From assembly GCA_963829525.1 (NCBI GenBank), contig CAWHIJ010000003.1:2112001-2176000 (forward strand): a stretch of 64,000 bases of DNA, in the 5' to 3' direction. Origin of the DNA: an uncultured Actinomycetota bacterium. Its GTDB lineage: Bacteria; Actinomycetota; Actinomycetes; JAHEKZ01. Below the pieces are notes generated by a model that saw nothing but the letters and a program-made list of their open reading frames with translations, made no database searches and was not told the DNA's origin. The position numbers were made by a program, and so were the translations under genes. Shown here one piece after another: positions 9,930 through 19,937 of this stretch; within the stretch, counting starts at the first letter, position 1; each line of letters starts with the position of its first letter.

Positions 9930-10856
9930 ATGGCAACCACGCCCGCGCTGGGCCTCGGACTGCCCGTCTCCGGCGCGTGGGCGACGCCGGAGAACATGCA
10001 GCACGTCGCGATGCGGGCCGAGGAGCTTGGCTACGCGTCGTTGTGGTCGTTTCAACGGCTCCTGCACCCCGTCGACGAGGACTGGGGCGCGGTGTACCAC
10101 GGCGTCGTCGACCCGGTGACCGCACTGGCCTACGTCGCCGGCTGCACGTCGCGGATCCGGCTCGGGCACCGCCGTGGTGAACCTGCCCTTCTACTCCCCC
10201 ATCGTCTTGTCCAAGGCGCTGACGACCGTCGACATCGTGTCGAACGGACGACTGGACGTCGGCCTCGGGACTCGGCTGGGCCGCTGCGGAGTTCGAGGCT
10301 GTCGGTGTCTCGATGGACAAGCGCGGCGCCCGGGCCGCCGAGTTCGTCGAGTGCCTCAAGGCCCTGTGGACCCAGCCGGAGGTGGAGTACCACGGCCAGT
10401 TCTTCGACGTCCCGCTGAGCCGCGTCGAACCCAAGCCGGTGCAGCAGCCACACCCGCCGATCCTCATGGGCGGCACCGCCGAGGTAGCGCTTCGCCGGAT
10501 CGGCCGGATCGCCGACGGCTGGATCAGCAGCAGCCGGACCGACCTGACGACGATCGGGGCAGTCGATCGACCTCATGCGGTCGGCGGCCGCAGAAGGCGG
10601 ACGTGACCCAGGGGCCCTTCGCTTCATCATGCGCGGCGTCGTGCGGCTCGGCTCAGTTGCCCCCACCGGACCGGGCGCCGCTGCAGGGCAGCGCGGATCA
10701 GATCCGCGGCGACCTCGAAGCGCTGGCCGCGGCCGGGCGTGACCGAGGTCTTTCTCGACCTGAACTGGGACCCGGAGACGGTCGTCCGACGACGTCGACG
10801 CAGCCGCTGCCCTGGACAACGCCGAACGGGTGATCACCGAGCTCGCGCCCGGCTGA
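9930..10856 (+). pseudogene. LLM-class (probably F420-dependent) oxidoreductase with several frameshifts (possibly sequencing errors)
   Basis: Fragments in different frames: AEELGYASLW..TSRIRLG / NLPFYSP..SNGRLDVGLG / PKPVQQPHPPILMGG..ADGW / ERVITELAPG*. Confidence 0.8.
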
Positions 10857-10875
10857 CACCCGACGTGAGGCCGAA

Positions 10876-11693
10876 CTAGCGCGCGGTGCCCGCGTCGTCG
10901 CTGCGGCGGCTGGTATCAGTCTCATGCTCGACCTGCGCGTAGAGGTCGAGCCCGATGGGCTCGCGCATCTCCTCGGCGAAGTGTCCAAGCAGACCGGCGG
11001 TGCGAGCCAGCAGGGCGAAGCCACGCAGGATCTCGGGCGGGAGCCGGAGGTCGCAGAGCACCGCGCCGCAGGCACCGGCCCCGTTGAACGGCAGCGTGCG
11101 GCCGAGCACCTCCGGGTGGACGCGGCCGACGGCCTCAAAGAGCTGCAAGGTGGGGACCGAAGAGGCCCTCCTCCTGTGGCGATCGCGAACAACACCGGCG
11201 TCCTGGGTCGCCTTGCTTGTGCAACGTGTGACCGAGGCCAGGCACATAGCCTCCCAGCTGCGCGCTGCGAGCGCACAGCATCGCGGGCGAGCGCATCCCA
11301 CGCCGTCGCAGTGGTCGGGCAGCGGCGCCGCCAGACTCGGCGGGCCCGCCAAGAGCGTCGCTGAGGAACTTTCCCGCGTCCTCGGTGACTCCGAGGAACC
11401 GCGAGCCCCCGCCGAGCAGTCCGGCGGCCAACGCCCCCTGCACCGACTCAGGGGCACCCGTCAAGGTCAGCCGTGCGGCGAGGGCGCTGGGTGTCAGACC
11501 GTGGTCGGCCAACGCGACCAGCACCGACTCGAAGCAGCGCAGTTCGCCTGGCGTCGGGCGGCGCAGCGCCACGAGCCAGTAGGCAAGCTCGGCGAAGCCA
11601 ACCTTGCCCATCAGGTCGACCGCAAGATCGTGGCCGAGTACCTGGATCGACGTTGCGTCTGCGGTTCCGATCGACGTCGTGGTACCCGGTCAT
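10876..11693 (-). pseudogene. Citryl-CoA lyase / citrate-synthase-fold protein, frameshifted
   Basis: ALADHGLTPS, VPGLGH.LH, LPFNGAGACG and ARTAGLLGH motifs split across frames. Confidence 0.8.
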
Positions 11694-13242
11694 GGTCTGT
11701 CCTTCGCTGTTGTTTCCTGGTCGCTGGAACCGTCGTCCGTTGCGTCGTGCTCGGCGTCGAACTCGCCAGGCGGGTGGCCCTTGGGAAGCCGATGCTTGGC
11801 CAGCCGCGACGTCGCCGTCCTGGGTAGTGCGTCGACAGCCTGCCAGAACCGCGGCACCTTGAACGCCGAGAGCCTGGCGGCCGTCCACTCCCGCAGTTCG
11901 ACGAAGTCGAGGTGCACGGTCGGGAAGTGCGACAACGAAGGCTTTCACCTCGTCCTCGGTCAGCTCGGACGGAACCGCCACAACGGCGACCTCGAGCACG
12001 TCGGGATGGGATGCGATGGCCTCCTCGATCTCGGCCGGAGACATGTTCTGCCCACGGCGTCGCAACACCTCCTTCTTCCGAGCAACGAAGGTGTAGGTGT
12101 CGTCGGCATTGACCGTGACGAGGTCACCGGTATGCAACCAGCCATCGACGATGGCCGCAGCTGTCTCCTCCGGCATGCCCCAGTAGCCGGGGGTGACGAC
12201 CGGGTTGCGCAGCCACAGCTCGCCGGTGCCTGCCCGTCCGGCACGTTCTGGCCCGACTCGTCGACAACGCGGGCACGGTTGACCTCGCCGAGTGTCGGGT
12301 GCTGACGCGGCGAACCCAGCGATGCCGAACGGACGGGTTCCCTTGCGCCAGATGAGCCCGTACGGCGACTCGGAGAGCCCATAGCCGCCGACGACACGAA
12401 GCCCGAACCGCTCCTCAAACGCCTCCTGCCACTCCCTGGTGGGAGAGGGGCCGGTGTAGCAGAGCCGCAGGTCGGTGTCGGCATCGTCGGGTCGAACGGG
12501 CTGGCGCATCAAGATCTCGAGCATGGCGCCTATCGCGTTGAACTCCGTCGCGCCGTGTCTGCGCGCGGCGTCCAGGAACCCGCTGGCCGAGAAGCGGGGC
12601 AGCAGGACGAGACCGGCGCCGCAGGCGAGCGATCCGAGAACCGAGTAGGCGGGGGCATTGATGTGGAAGAGCGGGAGCGACGTCATGAGCCGGTCGTCGG
12701 CGGTCGAGGCCCACCCAGGCAGGGAATCCCTCCCCCGCCCAGGCGTACGCCCGGTGCGTCTGCATGACGAGCTTAGAGCGGCCGGTCGTCCCCGACGTCG
12801 GGATGAGAACGGCGAGATCGTCTGGAGCCACGTTCATGGGAAGGACTGCTCCGTGCGAGACGGGAGCCGTCCAGTCGCCGACGAGCGGTCCGATCTGCAA
12901 GGTGGCTGTGGCGACATCACCGATCACGGTCTTCGGTTGCACCTGCCCGATGAGCCCTTCTTGCTCGGTGGGCGTCGCGTCGGGATCAGTGGGGACGGTG
13001 ATGGCGCCGAGGCTGGCGAGCGCTAGCCAGCAGAGCAAGAACGGCGGTTTCGTGCGCGCCGGGAGCACCACCAAGTCACCCGTGCCGATGCCTTCTTGGC
13101 CGAGTCGCGCAGCGAGCTCGGCGACTTGACCGACTGCAGCGGCAAAGGTCAAGGTGCCCTCGTCGACTCGCAGCCAGGTGCCTTCGGGGTCGCGGTCGGC
13201 AGCAGCGAGCAGCAGCTCAGGAATGGTTTCGCGGGCGCTCAT
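11690..13242 (-). pseudogene. AMP-binding acyl-CoA ligase (CaiC-like), frameshifted
   Basis: TSGTTGRSK, LPLFHINA, YGLSE, WLHTGD and FKVPRF motifs in three frames. Confidence 0.85.
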
Positions 13243-13300
13243 GCCCGCACTCTAAGTCGCTGAGTCATCGAACGGACGGAAGGCGATCCGTGGGCGACGT

Positions 13301-13681
13301 TCAGCCGAGGTGCTCCATCGAGACCCGCCACTGGCCATCGAGTTCCCTGCGCCAGACGATGATCCCGCGCACATTCACCCTGGGACTCGCGTCCGCCGGA
13401 CTGCCACTGAGCCAGGAGCCAGCGAACCAGACGGTGGCACAGTCACCGCTTCCCTCGGTACGCATCGGCCGTAAGGACACCGACGACAAGGGCTGCATGG
13501 CGTTCGCCATCTCCAACAGGGCCTCGCGTCCTTGCACCGCGTGCTCCCCGCCGGCGTCGAAGACGGCGTCGTCGGTGTACTCGAACACCCACGCCGTCGG
13601 GTCAGTGTCCTCCAACGCGGCCACCAACCGGCGCTCGGCCGTGCGAATTTCGGCCTCGTCAAAGGCGAGATCAGCGGTCAT
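13301..13681 (-). CDS. NTF2-like / DUF4440 (SnoaL-like) protein
   Basis: YTDDAVF..GREA..VWRR..DGQWRV; GGAGG RBS. Confidence 0.8.
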   Translation of the reverse strand: MTADLAFDEAEIRTAERRLVAALEDTDPTAWVFEYTDDAVFDAGGEHAVQGREALLEMANAMQPLSSVSLRPMRTEGSGDCATVWFAGSWLSGSPADASPRVNVRGIIVWRRELDGQWRVSMEHLG

Positions 13682-13708
13682 AGTCCTCCCCCTCCCGGGC
13701 CAGAGCGT

Positions 13709-13744
13709 GGTGGATCCGGGTAGCCCTGGCTACCCGGATCCACC
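13709..13744. terminator. Strong hairpin downstream of nrdJ
   Basis: GGTGGATCCGGGTAGCC-ct-GGCTACCCGGATCCACC, a perfect 17-bp inverted repeat. Confidence 0.75.
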
Positions 13745-13766
13745 CGCTGCCGTCGAGCGCGTTCGA

Positions 13767-16664
13767 TCAGCTGCAGCCGCTGGTGGCGCCACATCCTTCA
13801 CAGACGAAGCACGAGCCAGCCGGCCGCATCTTGGTGCCGCAGGTGAAGCACATCGGGGCGTCCGATGCGGTTCCCTGCAGGGCCTCGAGGAGCTCGGTTG
13901 ATGAGTGCGCCGAGGTGACAGCAGCTGACGTAGCTGGTGCTTCCACTGCCTCAGCCTGTGGCACCTCGGTGACCGGTGCCGACTGCGCGAGCGTCTCGAG
14001 CTCGGCAGCAACGGCTTCTGCCTCACCGGACTCCAGCGCCTCGTCCTGCTCGTAGGAGCCCGTCTCTACGTACCTGGTGCGCTCGTCGGCGGTGTAGATG
14101 CCGAGCCCGGAACGGCTGTCGTAGGGCAGGTAGTCGAGCGCAAGGCGCCGGAAGATGTAGTCCATGATCGACTGCGCCATGCGGACGTCGGCGTCGTCAG
14201 TGAGACCTGCCGGGTCGAAGCGCATGTTCACGAACTTCTTCACGTACGTCTCGAGCGGGACGCCGTACTGCAGGCCGATCGAGACCGCGATCGAGAAGGC
14301 GTCCATCATGCCGGCGAGGGTCGAGCCCTGCTTGGACATCTTCAGGAAGATCTCACCGAGGCCGTCGTCGGGGTAGCGCGAAGCCGTCATGTAGCCCTCA
14401 GCGCCGCCGACGGTGAACGAGGTGGTCGTCGCCGGTCGATTCTTCGGCAACCGCTTGCGGGTCGGCCGGTACTCGATGACCGTCTCCGTCTTGGCTTCTT
14501 CGGCCTTGACCCCGTTGTCCCTGCTGGTGCCCTTGGCGTCGGAAAGCGGCTGGCCGACCTTGCAGTTGTCGCGGTAGATGGCCAGCGCCTTGAGCCCGAG
14601 CTTCCAACCCTGGAAGTAGACCTCCTCGATCTCTTCGACGGTGGCCGTCTCCGGCATGTTGACCGTCTTGGAGATCGCGCCGGACAGGAACGGCTGGGCG
14701 GCAGCCATCATCCGCACGTGGCCCATCGGCGAGATGGTCCGCGCACCCATGGCGCAGTCGAAGGTCGACTCGTGCTCGGGCTTGAGCCCTGGTGCGTCGA
14801 CGACGTTGCCGTGCTGGGCGATGTGCTCGACGATCGCCTCGATCGTCTCCTCGGTGTAGCCGAGCTTGCGGAGCGCGCGCGGCACGGTGTTGTTGACGAT
14901 CTGCAGCGAGCCGCCGCCGACCATCTTCTTGAACTTCACCAGCGCGAGGTCTGGCTCGATGCCGGTGGTGTCACAGTCCATCATCAGACCGATCGTTCCG
15001 GTCGGAGCCAGGACGGACGCCTGCGAGTTGCGGTAGCCGTTCTGCTCGCCCAGGGCGATGACGTCGGCCCACACCTGCGGTGGCGACGGTATGCACGTCC
15101 TTGTCGAGCGCGGAGTGTGGTGCGTACCGCGTCGTTGGCGGCGGCGTGCTTGCGCATGACGCGCTTGTGCGCGTCGGCGTTGCGCGCGTAGCCCTCGTAA
15201 GGGCCAACGACCCCGGCGAGCTCGGCCGAACGCTTGTAGGCGGTGCCGGTCATCAGCGAGGTGATCGAGCCGGCGAGCGCACGACCTGCGTCTGAGTCGT
15301 ACGGCAGGCCTGAGGCCATCAGCAGTGCGCCCAGGTTGGCGTAGCCGATGCCGAGCTGGCGGAACTTGCGCGTGGTGTCGCCGATCGCCTCGGTCGGGAA
15401 GTCGGCGAAGCAGATGGAGATGTCCATCGCGGTGATGACCAGCTCGACGACCTTGGCGAAGGTCGGGGCGTCGAAGGTGTCGTCCTCGCGGAGGAACTTC
15501 ATCAGGTTGAGCGACGCAAGGTTGCACGAGGAGTTGTCCAGGTGCATGTACTCGCTGCACGGGTTGGACGCGGTGATGCGACCGGACTCCGGACAGGTGT
15601 GCCAGTCGTTGATCGTGTCGTCGTACTGGATGCCGGGGTCGGCACACTGCCAGGCGGCTTCTGCGACCTTGTCGAAGAGTCCCTTGGCGTCGACGGTCTC
15701 GATGACCGAGCCGTCCGAGCGGGCGCGAAGGCCGAACTCGGTGCCCTCTTCGACCGCACGCATGAACTCGTCGCTGACGCGGACGGAGTTGTTGGCGTTC
15801 TGGTACTGGACGCTGGCGATGTCTTTGCCGCCGAGGTCCATGTCGAAGCCGGCGTCGCGAAGCGCGCGGATCTTGTGCTCTTCCCGTGCCTTGGTGTCGA
15901 TGAACTCTTCGATGTCGGGGTGGTCGATGTCGAGGACGACCATCTTGGCCGCGCGACGAGTGGCCCCGCCAGACTTGATCGTTCCGGCAGATGCGTCAGC
16001 ACCGCGCATGAACGAGACCGGGCCGGAGGCGGTGCCGCCCGAGGAGAGCAGCTCTTTGCTGGAGCGGATCCGCGAGAGGTTGAGGCCGGCACCGGAGCCG
16101 CCCTTGAAGATCATTCCCTCTTCGCGGTACCAGTTGAGGATCGAGCTCATCGAGTCGTCGACGGCGAGGATGAAGCAGGCGCTGACCTGCTGCGGGGCCG
16201 GCGTTCCGACGTTGAACCAGACCGGGCGAGTTGAAGCTGAAGACCTGGTGCAGCAGGGCGTAGGTGAGCTCGTGCTCGAAGATGTCGGCGTCGGAGGGCG
16301 TGGCGAAGTAGCCGTACTCCTCGCCAGCCCTGCGGTAGGTGAGGACGACGCGGTCGATCAGCTGGCGCAGCGACCACTCGCGGGTGTCGCTGCCCACCGC
16401 GCCGCGGAAGTACTTGGTGGTGACGATCGTGGAGGAGATGACCGACCAGAAGTCGGGGAACTCAACCCCGCGCTGCTCGAAGACGACCTCGCCGGTCTTC
16501 CAGTTGTTCTGGACGACGTCGCGTCGCTCCCAGGTGACCTCGTCGTACGGGTGGACGCCTGGCGTCGTGTAGATGCGCTCGATGGTGAGTCCGTGGCGGA
16601 TCACCTCGGGGCGGTCGTCGGACGAGAGGTTGCCCTGCTGGGCTTCTGGTGCGGCTTCGGTCAT
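13767..16664 (-). CDS. nrdJ: Vitamin B12-dependent class II ribonucleotide reductase, with about 3 apparent frameshifts (~16225, ~15115, ~15080)
   Basis: [39 protein letters not shown], and a C-terminal CxxC..CxxC..SGCS; lies downstream of nrdR. Confidence 0.93.
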
Positions 16665-16721
16665 CGGTACTGCCCCTCCTGGTGGACAGAGAACAAACGG
16701 GAGAACGGGTCGGGGGTGGGT

Positions 16722-17196
16722 TTACGTCGGTGGTTCGACGCCCGAGCGGTTCACGCTCGGCGCGGAGCAAGGTGATCTCGGACTCGAAGTCTTCGAGGGA
16801 CTCAAAGCTTCGGTAGACCGAGGCAAAGCGGAGGTAGGCCACCTCGTCGAGCTCGCGGAGCGGGCCGAGGATGGCCATGCCGACCTCATGGGAGTCGATC
16901 TCGGCGGCGCCGGTAGCCCGGACCGTCTCCTCGACGCGCTGCGCGAGCAGCGCGAGGTCGTCCTCGGTGACCGGGCGGCCCTGGCAGGCCTTCCGGACGC
17001 CGACGAGCACCTTGGGGCGACTGAAGGGCTCGGTGGCCCCGCTGCGCTTGACCACCACAAGGGCGGCGTGCTCGGCGGTGGTGAACCGGCGACCGCACTC
17101 GGCACACTGCCGACGGCGCCGGATAGCGGCGCCGTCGTCGGCGGTTCGGGAGTCGATCACCCGGGTCTCGGCGCCACGGCAGAAGGGGCAGTACAT
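16722..17196 (-). CDS. nrdR: Transcriptional repressor NrdR (probable frameshift near the 3' end)
   Basis: [25 protein letters not shown] zinc ribbon, ATP cone and [10 protein letters not shown]. The nearest plausible stop (16722) is in another frame. Confidence 0.92.
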
Positions 17197-17329
17197 GACC
17201 GGCGCCCTCCGTTCCGCTGACTCGTGTCGCCGACCTCCGAAAGCCCTGCTCAGCGGGTGATCTGGGGACAAACCTGGGGAGTTCCTGGGGATGAACCGGG
17301 GATAACTCCGTCAAGTCTGGGGATACCAG

Positions 17330-17408
17330 ACCACAATCTGTGGAGGACTTACAGAGATGTAACTACTAGATGTAGGGGTACCGTACGCGCCGCCACCCCC
17401 GATGGCAA
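17330..17408 (-). promoter_or_regulatory. nrdR-nrdJ promoter with NrdR boxes
   Basis: On the minus strand, TTGCCA..TACGGT (17408-17380) is followed by CCCTACATCTAGTAGT (NrdR-box-like, ~17362-17377) and a weaker CCACAGATTGTGG (17331-17343). Confidence 0.65.
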
Positions 17409-17473
17409 GTGTCGCGGAGCAACTTTCTTCCACCGGCGTGTCGTGGACCTCACCACGAGCCCATCACCGCAGG

Positions 17474-17842
17474 TCAGACCGGAATCTGCAGCTCCTGCCC
17501 GGCCTGCACCGATGAGCTCGGCAGGTCGTTCATCGCCACGATCCGGGCCACCGTCTCCCGTGGATCGGTCTGCGGGTCGACGCGCTGGGCGATTACCCAG
17601 AGCGTCTCGCCCGGCTGGACCACCCAGGTGGCGCTGACCGGCTCGCCGGTGCCGCCATCGGCCGGGCCTGCCGACGCAGCCACCTGCCCCAGTGAGACCA
17701 ACCCAAAGGCCAGCACTGCCACCAGCGCCAATATCACCAGACGGCCCCGACGAGTGATGCGTACGGGGCTGGCAGGAGCTGCCGTAGCAGGCCGAATGGC
17801 CACTGGCCGCGGGACAACGGGCTGGGGAACGGTGCTGATCAT
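17474..17842 (-). CDS. Membrane-anchored LysM protein (ChiZ/YneA-like SOS division inhibitor)
   Basis: RITRRGR + TM + VVQPGETLW.IA..LysM; divergent from lexA and under SOS boxes. Confidence 0.85.
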   Translation of the reverse strand: MISTVPQPVVPRPVAIRPATAAPASPVRITRRGRLVILALVAVLAFGLVSLGQVAASAGPADGGTGEPVSATWVVQPGETLWVIAQRVDPQTDPRETVARIVAMNDLPSSSVQAGQELQIPV

Positions 17843-17862
17843 GAGGACCTCCGGGGAAGGGG

Positions 17863-17969
17863 TCGAACGGGTGTTCGATCGAACGTCTGTACGAGTTGTA
17901 CACCATTGTTCGGACAAAGTCACGACACACGGCGCCAGAATCGAACAGGTGTTTGAAACACGCGTTCGA
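17863..17969. promoter_or_regulatory. Four LexA (SOS) boxes in two tandem pairs
   Basis: TCGAACgggtGTTCGA 17863-78, TCGAACgtctGTACGA 17879-94, TCGAACaggtGTTTGA 17941-56, TGAAACacgcGTTCGA 17954-69. Confidence 0.85.
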
Positions 17970-18122
17970 TTCACGCTAGCCTCAGGGCCGTGACAGTGGG
18001 CGTTGGGGGCGTGGGTGCTGCTCATGACCCCACCGTGCACCCCGGGTCTGACAACCCCGGGTCCGACAACCCGCCCAGCCAGCCCGACCAGCCAGTACCA
18101 CCGGACAGCAGGAGATGAGCCC

Positions 18123-18830
18123 ATGAGCCCCGAGAGCACAGGCAGCGGCCCAACCGGAGGCGTCCACGAGATGCCCGACGGACCGGTCGCCGACGATGGC
18201 CTCACCCAGCGACAGCGCCTGGTGCTGGAGTACATCCACCAGTCAGTCAGCGAACGCGGCTATCCACCGAGCATGCGGGAGATAGGCGACGCGGTTGGCC
18301 TGACCAGCCCCAGCAGCGTCAAGCACCAGCTCGCGTCGCTGGAGCGCAAGGGGTTCATCCGGCGCGATCCGAACCGCCCCAGGGCGATCGAGGTACGGCT
18401 GCCCGACGCCGCGGAGCCGACGGTCGACGTCACCGACTCCGGCAACGCCACGCCTGCGGCCGCCTACGTGCCGGTCGTCGGCCGGATCGCGGCCGGCGGA
18501 CCGATCCTCGCCGAGCAGGTCATCGAGGACGTCTTCCCGCTCCCCAAGCAGCTGGTCGGCGATGGCCAGCTCTTCATGCTCAAGGTGGTCGGCGACTCGA
18601 TGGTCGATGCGGCCATCTGCGACGGCGACTGGGTCGTCGTTCGGCAGCAGCCGACAGCAGAGAACGGCGACGTCGTCGCGGCCATGCTTGACGACGAGGC
18701 GACCGTCAAGACCTACAAGAAGCGCGACGGTCACATCTGGCTGATGCCGCACAACCCTGACTACGAGCCGATCCTCGGCGACGATGCCGTCATCGTCGGC
18801 AAGGTGACGGCAGTCCTGCGCAGCTTGTAG
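18123..18830 (+). CDS. lexA: SOS repressor LexA
   Basis: [25 protein letters not shown] cleavage site, GDSM and ATVK catalytic motifs. Confidence 0.97.
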   Translation: MSPESTGSGPTGGVHEMPDGPVADDGLTQRQRLVLEYIHQSVSERGYPPSMREIGDAVGLTSPSSVKHQLASLERKGFIRRDPNRPRAIEVRLPDAAEPTVDVTDSGNATPAAAYVPVVGRIAAGGPILAEQVIEDVFPLPKQLVGDGQLFMLKVVGDSMVDAAICDGDWVVVRQQPTAENGDVVAAMLDDEATVKTYKKRDGHIWLMPHNPDYEPILGDDAVIVGKVTAVLRSL

Positions 18831-18866
18831 GGTCACGCACCCCGCCAGCGTCGATCCGCAGCAACG

Positions 18867-18902
18867 ACAAGAGGGGCCCACCGATCGGTGGGCCCCTCTT
18901 GT
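18867..18902. terminator. Bidirectional terminator hairpin between convergent lexA and methyltransferase genes
   Basis: ACAAGAGGGGCCCACCGA|TCGGTGGGCCCCTCTTGT, a perfect palindrome. Confidence 0.85.
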
Positions 18903-18916
18903 GCTGTCGAGCAGGG

Positions 18917-19777
18917 TCAGCGCTTGGTGCTCTCCGGCTTGCGGCAGACGTAGACCAGAGCGGACGCCGTTGCGGCGCTCTCGGCGGTCAGCGGGGTGCC
19001 GGCGAAGTCGGCATAGATGGCCTCGACCTCGAAGCGGGCGGCGGCCAAGGCAGCCTCCAGCTCCTGCGGGAACGAGTAGCGAACGGCGGTGACGGTCGGG
19101 GCTTCGGCCGGCGTGCCGTCGACGGCGTACTGGCGGTAGGTCTCGTGGGTCATGACCTGGGTGGCAGCGTCGTACCGCTGCGTACCAGACACGATCACCT
19201 GGCTGCCGGTCACATCGGTGTACGAGTGCCAGATCTCGGGCGTCTCGACGCGGCGAGCAAGCTCGCTCGCGTGTGGGAAGCGGATGGCAAAAGCGAACGT
19301 GGCGCCTGGTGCGAGCTGGCGGTAGATGGCCTTGAGCGCAGCGGCGCGGTCGTCATTGGTGACTAGCTGCTGCAACGCGTTACCCGCAACGATTGCCAGC
19401 CCGAACTTGCCACGGACCTTCAGCTCACGGGCGTCCTGCTCGACCCAGGTGACGATCTCGTCGGCGTCCTTGGCGATGGCGAACTCGACCATCGCAGGGC
19501 TGACGTCAACCGCCGTGACCTCGTGACCGGCCTCGGCCAGGGCCAGAGCGATGCGCCCGGTGCCGCTGGCGACGTCGAGTACGGGGCCATCGGCCTGCTC
19601 AGCGAGCGCGACGTAGAAGGGGATGTCAAGGCCGGCGGTGCCGTACTCGAGGTCGTAGCGCGCCGGGTCGCCATACTCGTCGGCGAAAGACACCGGAGTG
19701 GCGGGGATCTCGGCGGCGGGGGTCTCGAGCACGTGGTGCTCCAGGGTCTTGATGCTGGTCATGGCTGTGCTCGTCAT
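18917..19777 (-). CDS. Class I SAM-dependent methyltransferase
   Basis: GPVLDVASGTGR, VDVSPAM and QDAR motifs. Confidence 0.88.
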   Translation of the reverse strand: MTSTAMTSIKTLEHHVLETPAAEIPATPVSFADEYGDPARYDLEYGTAGLDIPFYVALAEQADGPVLDVASGTGRIALALAEAGHEVTAVDVSPAMVEFAIAKDADEIVTWVEQDARELKVRGKFGLAIVAGNALQQLVTNDDRAAALKAIYRQLAPGATFAFAIRFPHASELARRVETPEIWHSYTDVTGSQVIVSGTQRYDAATQVMTHETYRQYAVDGTPAEAPTVTAVRYSFPQELEAALAAARFEVEAIYADFAGTPLTAESAATASALVYVCRKPESTKR

Positions 19778-19814
19778 GAAAGAGAGGTCCTCACGGGTAG
19801 TGGATGGTGCAACG

Positions 19815-19915
19815 ATCGAAAGATCCGGTCAGCGTTGTCCTCGGATCTGCCAAAGACCGACTTGATGGATCGGGTACGTGAGACGCGTCACGTCTTCACC
19901 AGGACATTCTCTCAG
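19815..19915 (-). ncRNA. Candidate structured cis-regulatory leader (riboswitch-like)
   Basis: Nested stems UGUCCU/AGGACA, GAAGAC/GUCUUU, CGUGA/UCACG and CGAU/GUCG, plus an alternative AGAUCCG/CGGAUCU helix. Not assigned to a known family. Confidence 0.4.
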
Positions 19916-19937
19916 GCGATTCCAAATCCACGTAATG

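Noticed and set aside
13767-17400. Intein, intron or programmed frameshift in nrdJ; cobalamin riboswitch
   Set aside because: Total length is normal, there is no inserted sequence or slippery site, neighbouring genes are equally frameshifted, and no B12-box was seen.
19895-19935. Glycine-riboswitch-like CTCTCAGG and raiA-like ATCCACGTAA on the + strand
   Set aside because: Only short fragments match, the remaining consensus is absent, and the orientation is opposite to the adjacent gene.
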